A DNA stretch of 63,523 nt, the filler included. It is 5 parts of 5 records of this genome, joined end to end, with 100 filler letters (N's around TTAATTAATTAA, not from the genome) between each part and the next. Parts side by side here need not be neighbours in the genome. Positions count along the whole stretch, not along the records: positions 30,474 to 55,535 come from SRR31156797_9365; 4 more parts are not named here. The stretch is one strand, 5' to 3'. The notes below the pieces were generated by a model. It did no database searches and had not been told where the DNA came from. It was given only the letters and a program-made list of their open reading frames with translations. A program made the translations under genes and the position numbers. How positions within the stretch are numbered: position 1 is the stretch's first letter; each line of letters opens with the position of its first letter. This document shows, piece after piece, positions 43,687 to 54,440 of the stretch.

Positions 43687-44874
43687 ATGAATATATTATT
43701 CTGGAAAAAAATAATGCAAGTCAATTTTAAAGATTTAATTCACATTTTAAAGTTTTTATTGTCTTTGATTCCTGCTATGATTTATAAATTAATTCGAAAA
43801 AATCTATACCTTGTCTGCGAATATCCCAGTGGAGCGCATGACAATGGATATTGGTTTTTTAAATTTGTTAGGGAGAATTATCCTAACGAAGATATTGTTT
43901 ATGCAATTAAAAAAAAATCTCATGAATATAACCAGGTAAAAAATCTTGGTGAAGTAGTTCAGTTTGGCAGTATTAAGCACTGGATCTATTTTTTATCCGC
44001 AAAGGCAAATATTAGCACCCAAAAGGGCGGCAAACCCAATGCAGCAATTTGTTATCTGTTGGAAGTTGTTTTCAAAATCGTACACGTAAAGAATGTTTTT
44101 TTACAGCACGGAGTGACAGTGAATAACTTGTCGTATCTTCATGCGAATAATGCGAAGATAGATTTATTTGTCTGTTCAACAGATGCTGAATACGAGTTTA
44201 TAAAGGAAAATTTCGGATACGATGAAAGTGTGCTGAAAAAGGTAGGAATGTGCAGATTTGATTCTCTGGACGGCGAAAAAATTAATTATAGAAAGGTGTT
44301 AATTGCTCCTACGTGGAGAAAATGGTTAGGGGATATAAAAGATGCAGATAAGTTTATGGAAACTGAATATTTTCTATCATGGCAAAGTGTGATTAGTGAT
44401 AAAAGATTTTTAGATATTATTGATAAACATCAACTAGAAGTATATTTTTACCTCCATGTTCACGTAGCTAGGTTTGCAGAGTGCTTTGAAAATGCAGATA
44501 GCAGGATAAAAATAATGACATGGGAAAATTCTAACTTGCAGAAATTGGTGAATGAATGCTGCTATATGGTTACAGACTATTCCAGTACTATAATTGATTT
44601 TTGTTATACAAATAAAAGGTCAGTATACTATCAGTTTGATTATGATGAATATAGAAACAGGCATCAGGCTCAGGGATATTTTAATTATGAAGTTGATGGA
44701 TTCGGGTCTGTTTGTTATACTAAAGAAAGATTGTTGAGAGATATTCAAAGTGCAGCAAAAAATGGATTTATGAATCCGGTAAAATACGAAAGGCGCATTA
44801 GCACATTTTTTATTTTTCGCGACAAGCTAAATTGCGAAAGGACATATAACGCAGTAAAAGAATTTATAGGATAA
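43687..44874 (+). CDS. CDP-glycerol/ribitol phosphotransferase family (TagF/TagB-like)
   Basis: FLQHG, G..RFD, IAPTWR, VTDYSS..DF, YYQFD. Confidence 0.9.
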   Translation: MNILFWKKIMQVNFKDLIHILKFLLSLIPAMIYKLIRKNLYLVCEYPSGAHDNGYWFFKFVRENYPNEDIVYAIKKKSHEYNQVKNLGEVVQFGSIKHWIYFLSAKANISTQKGGKPNAAICYLLEVVFKIVHVKNVFLQHGVTVNNLSYLHANNAKIDLFVCSTDAEYEFIKENFGYDESVLKKVGMCRFDSLDGEKINYRKVLIAPTWRKWLGDIKDADKFMETEYFLSWQSVISDKRFLDIIDKHQLEVYFYLHVHVARFAECFENADSRIKIMTWENSNLQKLVNECCYMVTDYSSTIIDFCYTNKRSVYYQFDYDEYRNRHQAQGYFNYEVDGFGSVCYTKERLLRDIQSAAKNGFMNPVKYERRISTFFIFRDKLNCERTYNAVKEFIG

Positions 44875-44890
44875 ATGTGTGTAATACAAA

Positions 44891-45913
44891 ATGATGGAAG
44901 ATTTAATAAGCATAATAATTCCTGTATACAATGTAGAGGAAACTTTGCAGAGATGTATGGAATCGGTAGTTAATCAGACGTATAAAAACTTAGAAATTAT
45001 ATTAATTAATGATGGTTCCATAGATAGTAGTGAAGAAATTTGCAATACTTATAGAAAAAAAGACAAACGAATAAAAGTAATCAATAAATCAAACGGTGGA
45101 GTCAGTTCTGCCAGGAATATGGGATTAGAGGAAGCTACAGGTAAATATATAGGATTTGTGGATTCTGACGATTATATAGAGAAAGATATGTTTTTATATC
45201 TGCATGAAAATATCGTTAAGCATAACGCAGATGTATCTGTGTGTACATGGTTTATTCATGAAAATAATGAAGTGGATACCAGAGGGTTTAGAACTCCTCA
45301 AAACAAATTGAGCGGAAAAGAAGCTATTTTTTATGCATTAAGAGGTGGATATTTTGACGGTTACCTATGGAATAAGTTATATGATGCGAGACTGATCAAA
45401 AAAGTTAAAGAGCAAAGCCCTGATAATCAAGTAATGGAAAAAGATATATTTATTTGTGAAGACTTGCTGTTCAACTGCCGGGCATTTAAAAATTGCAGAA
45501 GTGTTTATTATGAAGTGAAGGCGCTGTATCATTATATTATTCATGAAAGCAATGTTACTCGCTCTTTTAACGTTATAAAAAGAGAAAGTGAAATGAGGGC
45601 ATTAAAAAAGATAGTGGCCATGGCTGAGGAGGCAGATAGAAAATTACTGGGGATAGCCCAGTTTAAGTATACTCAGTCTGTATTAACCAATGTAAAAAAT
45701 GCACACGATGCTGGTAATTATAAAATGAAGCGAATAATGCACAAGCGAAGCAGAGAATATTTTTTAAATATAATGTTTTTTAAAGGGGTTGGAATAAAGA
45801 CTAAATTAAGATTATTGCTTATGTATATAGCGCCTGTAAAGAGCGTTGAAATTTGGCTTGATATAAAGAAAAGGTATGGACTAAGCAATTGGACCAAGCT
45901 GGGAGATAAATAA
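44891..45913 (+). CDS. GT2 glycosyltransferase
   Basis: ISIIIPVYN, NDGS.D, GVSSARN, FVDSDD. Confidence 0.93.
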   Translation: MMEDLISIIIPVYNVEETLQRCMESVVNQTYKNLEIILINDGSIDSSEEICNTYRKKDKRIKVINKSNGGVSSARNMGLEEATGKYIGFVDSDDYIEKDMFLYLHENIVKHNADVSVCTWFIHENNEVDTRGFRTPQNKLSGKEAIFYALRGGYFDGYLWNKLYDARLIKKVKEQSPDNQVMEKDIFICEDLLFNCRAFKNCRSVYYEVKALYHYIIHESNVTRSFNVIKRESEMRALKKIVAMAEEADRKLLGIAQFKYTQSVLTNVKNAHDAGNYKMKRIMHKRSREYFLNIMFFKGVGIKTKLRLLLMYIAPVKSVEIWLDIKKRYGLSNWTKLGDK

Positions 45914-45995
45914 GTGGTATTGGGGCTAAAACAAACAAAGATTACTAGACTATTAATATATAGTTATTACATTATTTATTTGAAATGGGGAAAAG

Positions 45996-47084
45996 ATGAG
46001 CAAGGGAAATGAAAAACCAACAGTAAGCATTATTGTTCCTGTATATAACGCAGGGAAATACTTAGGAGAATGTCTAGATGCGATGATAGCGCAAACATTT
46101 GAATCGTTTGAGGCTATATTGGTTAATGACGGTTCAAGTGATAACAGTGCTGAGATTTGTGATCAGTATACAGAGATAGACAGTCGTTTTAAAGTTATTC
46201 ATAAGGAAAATGAAGGCCCATCTGCAACACGAAATCGCGGTATTAAAGAGTCTAAAGGCGATTTTATAGTTTTCTGTGATGCTGATGATATTTTAACCGA
46301 AGGTGCGCTTGAAGAAATGCACAGAGTACTTACAACATATAACACAGAGTTAGTTATCACAGGATATGCAAAATTCAACCGATCGTCGGACCCACTGTGG
46401 GACAGACGAGTATTAAGCAAGTACTCATTGACTATCTTACAGTCTAAAATGGAATTAGGTTCAATATTCTTAGTTCCGTATACAAATCTATTCGGAGTAT
46501 CTATTTGGGCAAAAATGTACAGAGCGGATATTATACGCGAAAACGGCATTTTATTTCCGCAAGATATACACTACGAAGAAGACTGTTGCTTTAACCTACA
46601 GTATTTTAATTACGTTAATACCACTGCAGTTCTTCGTAATACAATGTATTTATGGAGACAGCATAAATCTTCATTGACAAAAGTATATAAAGTAGAAACT
46701 TATGATTATTTGGTTAACGGTTATAACGCAAAGGTAAGGTTTTTGGAATCTGTTGATATGGAGGAAAACATAAATAGACTCAACAATATCTTTTTGCTTG
46801 TAATTATAAGCCAATATAAGAAAATCATTTATACTTCAATGAGTAAAAAAGAAAGATTGAAAGTATACGAGGGGATGTTAGCTAAAGAAGAAACTAAGAA
46901 TATCTTTAAAACATGTGATTTATCAAAGTATAGATTGACTCGTGAGCTTACGCTTGCTTCCAGAAAAAATAACCCTAAGAAAATTGACAGGATACTTATT
47001 TTATGGTATATAAAAGCACAGTTAGATTCTTTAAAAAAATTCTTAAAAGGAATCAGACATAAAATAAAAAGGAAAATATCATAG
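45996..47084 (+). CDS. GT2 glycosyltransferase
   Basis: VSIIVPVYN, NDGSSD, FCDADD, YEED. Confidence 0.93.
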   Translation: MSKGNEKPTVSIIVPVYNAGKYLGECLDAMIAQTFESFEAILVNDGSSDNSAEICDQYTEIDSRFKVIHKENEGPSATRNRGIKESKGDFIVFCDADDILTEGALEEMHRVLTTYNTELVITGYAKFNRSSDPLWDRRVLSKYSLTILQSKMELGSIFLVPYTNLFGVSIWAKMYRADIIRENGILFPQDIHYEEDCCFNLQYFNYVNTTAVLRNTMYLWRQHKSSLTKVYKVETYDYLVNGYNAKVRFLESVDMEENINRLNNIFLLVIISQYKKIIYTSMSKKERLKVYEGMLAKEETKNIFKTCDLSKYRLTRELTLASRKNNPKKIDRILILWYIKAQLDSLKKFLKGIRHKIKRKIS

Positions 47085-47124
47085 AATTACGAAAACATAC
47101 AATTTGCATCTAGAAAGGAAAATC

Positions 47125-48306
47125 ATGAAAATAGGTATAATAACATTTCATTTTCCATACAATTGCGGAGCAGTACTGCAATGTGCAGCTCTTCAAACTC
47201 GTTTGGAAAATGCAGGGCATGAAGTTTGTGTAATTAACTATCGTCCATGGTATCATCAAAACAGATATACGCCTCTTAAGAACCCAGTATACTACTCAGG
47301 AAAGTGCATGAAAAAAAGAGTAGAGGGCGATACTTTGCCAAAGCGGCTGTTCAGAGGAGCGGACGGATTTGCCCGTACAGTATATTCATGGCGCAGATAT
47401 AAGGGGGCGAAAGCAAAGAATGTAAAATTTGAATCATTTATAAAAAGAACGCTGCACGAAACTCGCGTTTATCGTACAATTAGTAAGCTGCAGAACAAAC
47501 CGCCTAAATGTGACGTTTATATAAGCGGCAGTGACCAGCTTTGGAACCCGCACTTAACAGAAGGTAAACTAGACCCTGCTTATTGTCTTAAGTTTGGAGA
47601 GAAAAAAATCACTCGCATGTCATACGCTATTAGCCCTAACTTTAAGGAGGTTGCAGATCCTGTCAAATTAATTGGAGATTTGCTAGATGATTTTGATGCA
47701 ATATCTTTACGAGAGGGCAAATATGCAGAGACTGTAGGCAAAGCTGCAAAGAGTAAAGATATAAATATATGTGTAGATCCGGTTTTCCTTTTGGATGCTG
47801 AAGAATACGAGGATTTGATAAGCAAGGAGCCTCTTGAGAGTGAACCGTTTATCTTTACATACGCTATGCCTGATGTTACACAGCATAAAGTATATAACGC
47901 TGCAAAATTATTGTCAGAAGAAAAAGGCATAAAGGTTATAGATGCATCAGGAAACCCTTCAAAGGTTAATGCTAAGGTTAAAGACAACAGAGTCTGCGGC
48001 CCGGATGAGTTTTTGTGGTACATTAAAAACGCTGAATACGTTATTACAAATTCATTCCACGGCACGGCCTTTTCATTGGTTTACAGAAAGAATTTTATGG
48101 TTATTCCACACTCTAAGACAGGAAACAGAGCCATGGAAATATTGGATACATTCAAGCTTTCTTCATGCTACACAGACACCGGAGTTTCAGCAGCAAAAAA
48201 GATTACAAAATCTACTGATTATTCAGAGGCAGGAAAGCATATGGATGAAATTCGTGATAAATCTTTAAAATACCTATTTGATAATATAGGAAGAAAAAAA
48301 GGATAA
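47125..48306 (+). CDS. Polysaccharide pyruvyl transferase family protein
   Basis: KIGIITFH..N.GA.LQ, SGSDQLWN, ISLRE, DPVFLL, TNSFHGTAFS. Confidence 0.9.
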   Translation: MKIGIITFHFPYNCGAVLQCAALQTRLENAGHEVCVINYRPWYHQNRYTPLKNPVYYSGKCMKKRVEGDTLPKRLFRGADGFARTVYSWRRYKGAKAKNVKFESFIKRTLHETRVYRTISKLQNKPPKCDVYISGSDQLWNPHLTEGKLDPAYCLKFGEKKITRMSYAISPNFKEVADPVKLIGDLLDDFDAISLREGKYAETVGKAAKSKDINICVDPVFLLDAEEYEDLISKEPLESEPFIFTYAMPDVTQHKVYNAAKLLSEEKGIKVIDASGNPSKVNAKVKDNRVCGPDEFLWYIKNAEYVITNSFHGTAFSLVYRKNFMVIPHSKTGNRAMEILDTFKLSSCYTDTGVSAAKKITKSTDYSEAGKHMDEIRDKSLKYLFDNIGRKKG

Positions 48307-48321
48307 TAATAGGAGGAAAAT

Positions 48322-50208
48322 ATGTATACAAAAATAAAAAATGTTCAAATAATTGTTTCTTTGCTAAAGCAGCACGGAATAAAGCATTTAGTGCTGTCAG
48401 CAGGAACAAGACATGTACCGCTAGCTCACTCAGTTGAGAATGATGATTACTTTACATGTTATTCAGTAGTTGATGAAAGAAGTGCAGGATATTTTGCCTT
48501 AGGTCTGTCAAAAGAGCTGGGTGAGCCTGTTGCAGTTGCATGTACATCATCAACTGCAACATGTAACTATACACCACCGATTGCAGAAGCATATTATCAA
48601 AATGTACCTCTATTGGTTTTAACAGGCGACAGAGACCCATATAGATTAGGGCAATTAGAAGACCAAATGATTAACCAGGTAGATATGTTCAAGAATTTCT
48701 GCCGAAAATGTGTTAATCTTCCTATAGTTGATAATGATTATGATGCATGGTACTGCCAGCGTCTTGTAAATGATGCTATGCTTGAGCTGCGCCATAACGG
48801 CAGTGGTCCTGTGCAGATTAACTTTCCAATCAATCAAACAATCCGGGACATTGCTGATGCAAGTGTTCCTGAGTTACCCAAATGTAATAAAATCAGCAGA
48901 CTTACAGCAATGACTGAAGATGAGCTTTGGGAAAAAAAAGTTACTGAATTAAAGAAAGCAAAAAGAGTATTGATTATAGCAGGCAGCAACGACCGCATTC
49001 CGGAACGTGTTGAGAAGGTGATGGACAAGTTTTCAGAAAAATATAACGTTGTGTTTGCAACTGAACTGCTTTCGAATCTGCATTGCAAAAATTCTATGGA
49101 CACTTATTTTCTGGCACAGGCCACCAACGGAAAAGTTTTAAGACAGTTATCACCTGATTTGATAATTATGTTTGGCGGTAACTATGTGTCAAGACTAAAA
49201 ACTCTGCTACGCGGATACAAGGAATGTGAAAGCTGGCTGGTTGCAAAAGACGGAAAGATTTCTGACCCGTTGCAAAATTTAAGCACGGTATTTGAGTGTA
49301 ATTATGAATATTTCTTTAGTTATTTTGCAGAACATTCAGGACATATTAAAAATAACAAAAGTCTTCTGAAAGGTTTAGAGGCAATTCAAAAGCAAATTGA
49401 TAGCAAAAAGCCGGAAATAGCTGAATTGCCGAAGCTAGCTAATAAGTTTTCTATAAATGATGCAAAATTTAAAAACCTTCCAGCTCCTGATGAAAGCGAG
49501 CTGGTAGGTGATAATTATCTTTCTAGCTTCTTTGCGTTTAACGAGCTGTCCAAAAGATTACCAAATGACAGTTTAATACATTTAAGCATTCTAAACAGTG
49601 TAAGAATGATGTCAATCTTCCCGCTGGACAGGAGCATAACATGCTACTGTAACATTGGCACTGATGGAATTGACGGACCGGTTTCAACATTCTTGGGACA
49701 CGCTGCAGCATCAAATAAACCTTGTTATTTGGTAGTTGGAGATTTAGGGTTTTTCTATGATATGAATTCATTAGGAATAAACTGTATCAAGTCAAATATC
49801 CGTATATTATTGGTTAATAACCACGGCGGAGCAGAGTTTTACTATTCAATGGGACCAAAGATGCTGCCGAATATTGATTTGCATATTTCCGCAGCACATA
49901 GCAAAAAAGCAGCCGAGTGGGTTAAGGCAAATAACATCAGATATATGAAAGCAAGTACAGTTGATGAGTTTAACAGCCAGATTGAGGAGTTTGCAGACCC
50001 TAATTCTGAAGGTCCGATTGTAATGGAAATCTTTACTGATAAATTAAGGGATATCAAAGTGTTTAAGGCATTTAACAGAGCTGTACACGTTGCTACACCA
50101 TTAAAAAATGTAGCTGCAAAAATCTCTAAAGCTCCTGGCATAAGACAAATGCAGGAAACTGAAATGGGTAAAAAAATTAAGACAAAAGTCAAAGAAATTC
50201 TTGATTGA
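48322..50208 (+). CDS. MenD-like ThDP-dependent enzyme
   Basis: GTR..PL, DERSAGYFALG, CTS.TA, GTDGIDG..ST..G, GDL.FFYDMN...NNHGG. Confidence 0.88.
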   Translation: MYTKIKNVQIIVSLLKQHGIKHLVLSAGTRHVPLAHSVENDDYFTCYSVVDERSAGYFALGLSKELGEPVAVACTSSTATCNYTPPIAEAYYQNVPLLVLTGDRDPYRLGQLEDQMINQVDMFKNFCRKCVNLPIVDNDYDAWYCQRLVNDAMLELRHNGSGPVQINFPINQTIRDIADASVPELPKCNKISRLTAMTEDELWEKKVTELKKAKRVLIIAGSNDRIPERVEKVMDKFSEKYNVVFATELLSNLHCKNSMDTYFLAQATNGKVLRQLSPDLIIMFGGNYVSRLKTLLRGYKECESWLVAKDGKISDPLQNLSTVFECNYEYFFSYFAEHSGHIKNNKSLLKGLEAIQKQIDSKKPEIAELPKLANKFSINDAKFKNLPAPDESELVGDNYLSSFFAFNELSKRLPNDSLIHLSILNSVRMMSIFPLDRSITCYCNIGTDGIDGPVSTFLGHAAASNKPCYLVVGDLGFFYDMNSLGINCIKSNIRILLVNNHGGAEFYYSMGPKMLPNIDLHISAAHSKKAAEWVKANNIRYMKASTVDEFNSQIEEFADPNSEGPIVMEIFTDKLRDIKVFKAFNRAVHVATPLKNVAAKISKAPGIRQMQETEMGKKIKTKVKEILD

Positions 50209-50220
50209 TAAGAGGTATGT

Positions 50221-51060
50221 ATGAGCAAATTTAAGTTTCGCATGAAAAGAGCTTTTAATTATATTATGAAAGGCGTGCCGACAAAGGTAACCAAGGCTGA
50301 GGTAAAACAAATTCAGTATGGCGGCATTTTGGAAGGTAAGAAAATATTGATTACTGGCGGCAGCAGGGGATTAGGCTTTGCTATTGCAAAGCGTGCCCTG
50401 GAAGAGAAGGCTATAGTTTCTATTACCGGCAGAAAGATGGAAACATTAAAAGAAGCCAAAGAAAAATTAGGCAACCCTAAAAATCTATATTTGTTTGAAC
50501 ATAATATACGTGACTTTGCAAAGGATAAAGAATTAGTATATAATGCAAGAGTAAAAATGCAGGGCATTGACATATTAGTCAACAATGCGGGTGTGTCTAT
50601 ACACGACATAAATTATAGTAACTGCACAGAAGAGCAATGGGATATACAAATGGATACAAACCTAAAAGGTGTGTATTTTCTGACTCAAGCTTTCATGAAT
50701 TATTATAACGAGGTCGGCAAAAAGCAGGGTAAAATTATCAATATGGTATCCGAAAGAGGACTATATGGTGATGACGTTCCTTATGGACTTGCAAAAAGAG
50801 CTATTATCAGTTACACAGAAGGATTAGCCAGAGATTTGATTATAAAAGGTGTAAGAGTAAATGCAGTCGCACCGGGTGTAACAGCAACCGAGATGACAGG
50901 GCATTCACCTGACGGCAATCTTTTCAGACCTTATGCCAGAGGAAGACGTGTTTTACTATCGGAAGAGATTGCTGAGGTTACAGTTTTCTTAATGAGCGAT
51001 GCGGCAAACTGTATTTCAGGCCAGACAATAGCCTGCAACGAAGCCAATCACATAAAATAA
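50221..51060 (+). CDS. Short-chain dehydrogenase/reductase
   Basis: TGGSRGLG, NNAG, YGLAK catalytic motif, VNAVAPG. Confidence 0.92.
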   Translation: MSKFKFRMKRAFNYIMKGVPTKVTKAEVKQIQYGGILEGKKILITGGSRGLGFAIAKRALEEKAIVSITGRKMETLKEAKEKLGNPKNLYLFEHNIRDFAKDKELVYNARVKMQGIDILVNNAGVSIHDINYSNCTEEQWDIQMDTNLKGVYFLTQAFMNYYNEVGKKQGKIINMVSERGLYGDDVPYGLAKRAIISYTEGLARDLIIKGVRVNAVAPGVTATEMTGHSPDGNLFRPYARGRRVLLSEEIAEVTVFLMSDAANCISGQTIACNEANHIK

Positions 51061-51100
51061 TCTGTAATCACAATATTATTTTTAAACGTATAGGAGTATT

Positions 51101-51877
51101 ATGCAAGCAGTATTAAAAAGATTTAGAGAGAATAAGTTTCTGTTTTTGGAACTTGTAAAGAGAGACTTTAAGCAGAAGTATAAAAGGACATTTCTGGGTA
51201 TTTTGTGGAGTTTAATTTCTCCGCTGTTAACATTATTAGTAATGGCACTGGTGTTTACGCAGGTATACGGGAGGGATACTCCCCACTTCATTATTTATCT
51301 TTTTGCAGGTAACTTAAACTATATATTCTTTAAGCAGGCAACTGCAGATGGAATGACATCTCTTGTTTATAATGCAAATATTATTATAAAGATTAAGACA
51401 TCAAAATATATGTTCCTTCTTTCAAAGAATGTATCTTCATTTATTAACTATTTGTTGACGTTGATAATATTCTTTATCTTTGTAGCTGCAGAAGGACTAC
51501 CATTTTCTTGGAATTTCTTTTTGTTGATTATACCGATGGTATGTTTATTGTTGTTTAATATCGGTGTAGGAATGTTCTTATCTGCTATGTTTGTATTCTT
51601 TAAGGATGTAAAATATTTATATGATGTTTTTACTTTGCTGATAATGTATTTATCTGCAATATTCTATAGTATTGCTTCGTTCCCAGCTGAGATACAAAAA
51701 TTGTTTTTATTAAACCCTGTTTTCGTCTACATAAACTACTTCAGAGAGATAGTTATATATAATAATGTCCCGTCCCTTGCATACCATGGATTGTGTTTGT
51801 TGTATCCGACTATCGCTTTGCTTATTGGTTCGAGAATATATATAAAACATAACTATAGATTTATATACTATCTATAA
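51101..51877 (+). CDS. Polysaccharide/teichoic acid ABC exporter permease (Wzm/TagG)
   Basis: RDFK.KY..T.LG.LWS, LLNP; ABC-2 membrane pattern. Confidence 0.92.
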   Translation: MQAVLKRFRENKFLFLELVKRDFKQKYKRTFLGILWSLISPLLTLLVMALVFTQVYGRDTPHFIIYLFAGNLNYIFFKQATADGMTSLVYNANIIIKIKTSKYMFLLSKNVSSFINYLLTLIIFFIFVAAEGLPFSWNFFLLIIPMVCLLLFNIGVGMFLSAMFVFFKDVKYLYDVFTLLIMYLSAIFYSIASFPAEIQKLFLLNPVFVYINYFREIVIYNNVPSLAYHGLCLLYPTIALLIGSRIYIKHNYRFIYYL

Positions 51878-51939
51878 ACACAGGTTACAAGCATTAAAAC
51901 GTTACATAGGTGTTAGTATTTGAAAAGGAATAATATTAA

Positions 51940-52671
51940 ATGATTAGTGTAAACAACGTATCCGTCGGTTATTTGATGGGTGATTTTAAAGATATTGGTT
52001 TGAAGGATTTTGTTATTAATAAAATTCAGGGCAAACATAAAGTAGACTTTTTTTGGGCGGTAAAGGATGTGTCTTTTAATCTTGAAAAAGGTGATTTGTT
52101 AGGTATTGTTGGGACAAATGGTGCGGGTAAATCTACTTTGCTTAAGGTTCTTACTGGAATAATGCGGCCTACAAAAGGTGAAGTTCATGTTGACGGAAGC
52201 ATTAGCGCTCTATTAGAGTTAGGCTCAGGGTTTGACCCCAATTTAACAGTTAGAGAAAATGTGTTTTTGAGGGGCGCTCTGCTAGGATATAGTAAGCAGT
52301 TTATTATGGAGAAGTACGATGATATAATTGCGTTTGCAGAACTTGAGGATTTTCAGGACAGACCTTATCGGCAGTTATCGTCAGGCATGAAAACAAGAAT
52401 TGCTTTTTCAATCTCATGCTTGGTTAATCCGGATTTACTAATCCTTGATGAAGTATTAGCAGTAGGCGATGGCGCATTCAGGAAAAAAAGCGAAGCAAAG
52501 ATGATGGAAATTATCGGAGGAGATACTACAACTATTTTAGTCTCACATTCATTGGAGCAAATTAAGCGTCTTGCAAACAAAGTTCTATGGCTTGACAAAG
52601 GCAGGCAGATGGCTTTTGGTGAAACAAAAGATATTTGTGACAGGTATTACAAATATTTACAAGAGAAATGA
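51940..52671 (+). CDS. Polysaccharide/teichoic acid ABC exporter ATPase (Wzt/TagH)
   Basis: GTNGAGKST, LSSGM, LDEVLAVGD; no C-terminal carbohydrate-binding extension. Confidence 0.93.
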   Translation: MISVNNVSVGYLMGDFKDIGLKDFVINKIQGKHKVDFFWAVKDVSFNLEKGDLLGIVGTNGAGKSTLLKVLTGIMRPTKGEVHVDGSISALLELGSGFDPNLTVRENVFLRGALLGYSKQFIMEKYDDIIAFAELEDFQDRPYRQLSSGMKTRIAFSISCLVNPDLLILDEVLAVGDGAFRKKSEAKMMEIIGGDTTTILVSHSLEQIKRLANKVLWLDKGRQMAFGETKDICDRYYKYLQEK

Positions 52672-52755
52672 TAAAGGCGATTTATCATAAATGATATTAA
52701 AGGAAGGTCTGATATATCCGTTTCCCTTTTATATTTATTCGGAAATTAGGAAAGA

Positions 52756-53814
52756 GTGATGAAAACAAATAATAGAATGGAAATAGTCGATTTATGGAGA
52801 TTTGTATTTTGCTTGATAATAATGGCTTTCCATATGCAGAATTTTGAGCTAGAAGGAAATTTTCACTTTAATATTGGTTGGGCATTTGTCGAATTCTATT
52901 TTTTGCTGACTGGTTATTTTACTGCTCGTCATTTTGTTGAAAAGCAAAAATACGATGTTATAAATTATCCAGCAGCAAGTTCGATGGACTATGTTATAAA
53001 CAAGTTTAAATATATAATGCATTTCTCCACAATAGTCATTTTAGTGCAATATATAGTTACGGCAATAAGATTTAATCTAAGTTCATGGGATTTGGTTTTG
53101 TTCTTCGGCAAGATGCCAATAGAGATACTTATGCTATCTGCTACAGGACTGACTAAAACTCAGATTCAACCTCTTTGGTATTTGTCGGCGATGTTTATTA
53201 CATTACCTTTTATATGTTATCTGTTAATTAAAAAAAGAGATTTGTTTATGAACATCTTGTGCTGGGTTATCCCAGTTATATATTATGGATTTATAGGTGT
53301 TGAACAAGCAAGGCAGTGGCCTAATGACTTTTTGCGTGCATTTGCAGCAATGTCCATAGGCGTATTAGTGTACGTTCTAAGCGAAATGTTTAAAAAATAT
53401 GATTGTGTTAATTGGTTTAAAATTTTGCTTACCATAGTGGAAATAGGCTGTTTTGTAGGAGCAATAGCAATAGCATATATGAGATATCCCAGTTCCTATT
53501 TAAGAGTGATTTGGTTTTTGATGATACTTGGGTGTATAATAATGTTTTCACAGAGAAGTTATACTGCGGATTTGCATGGGGGATTTTTACGTTTCTTAGG
53601 AAGGCTGAGCCTTCCACTATATTTATGTCAGTCGACAGTCGGCAGGCTAGTTTCAATATGGTTTTCTGATTGGACATTCACCAATAAAGCAATTATATAT
53701 TATGCAATCACACTTATTTATTCGCTGATACTGTTAGGTGTAGTTAACTTACTGCGCAAAGATTCAGATAAGAAGTATGAAAATATAAAATTACTGGTGC
53801 AAAAGAGTAAGTAG
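52756..53814 (+). CDS. Acyltransferase-3 family membrane O-acyltransferase
   Basis: D.WR......MAFH, VEFYF.LTGYF, LWYLSA, G..S..LYL. Confidence 0.85.
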   Translation: MMKTNNRMEIVDLWRFVFCLIIMAFHMQNFELEGNFHFNIGWAFVEFYFLLTGYFTARHFVEKQKYDVINYPAASSMDYVINKFKYIMHFSTIVILVQYIVTAIRFNLSSWDLVLFFGKMPIEILMLSATGLTKTQIQPLWYLSAMFITLPFICYLLIKKRDLFMNILCWVIPVIYYGFIGVEQARQWPNDFLRAFAAMSIGVLVYVLSEMFKKYDCVNWFKILLTIVEIGCFVGAIAIAYMRYPSSYLRVIWFLMILGCIIMFSQRSYTADLHGGFLRFLGRLSLPLYLCQSTVGRLVSIWFSDWTFTNKAIIYYAITLIYSLILLGVVNLLRKDSDKKYENIKLLVQKSK

Positions 53815-53817
53815 ATG

Positions 53818-54330
53818 TAGCGTGCTAAAAAAATTATCAATTCTAATGTTAGTAAATATGATAAAATATTAACAGAAGATATCAGAGAAATGGCAAGAAG
53901 AAATCACACAGCGGAAAATTAAAATGCTATGCAATTAAGGAAAGACATTTGATGAAGTAGCGCGACAAGAAGAGATAGCACAATAAACCTATTACAGATA
54001 GCGGAAATAGTATGGTGGTATGAACATCGTTGATGCAATGAAATTAAAATTACTGAAAAAGGAGAAAGCGCGTTTAAAGTGGATTATCGCTAATCAAGCG
54101 TTAGATATAGAGATACATAATTCGGTCAAAAAACTTGTAAGCCCGTACAAGCGCAATGTAGCCGTAGGGTATCTATTTACTGAGTATAAAGCATCAGAGC
54201 GACGGTATGTGAGGTGTTAGATATGAACCGATTAAATGATACGACGAATATGAAGTTAGAGAGAAAATTATGGAATAAGCCTTTAACTGTGGACGAACTG
54301 ATTATAGGTAAGTTACGATACAAGTAAATA
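53818..54330 (+). mobile_element. Second, heavily decayed IS3-family remnant
   Basis: Left region aligns with 42448-42550 (AATGTTAGTAAA-TATGATAAAATA.TAACA...AGAGAAATGG); broken orfA TYYR*RK*YGGM...E.ARLK..IANQALD. Confidence 0.75.
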
Positions 54331-54440
54331 TTTTGTAATTATTAACTTTGGAACAGGTTGTGGTGCATTCCAAACTTTAAATATATATAAGTTAGTTGAT
54401 ATGCAAGAATTAATGTGATAAAATGACTTTGCAAACCTCC

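Noticed and set aside
48322-50208. Menaquinone biosynthesis operon
   Set aside because: No other men genes on the contig; the gene is embedded in a polysaccharide locus.
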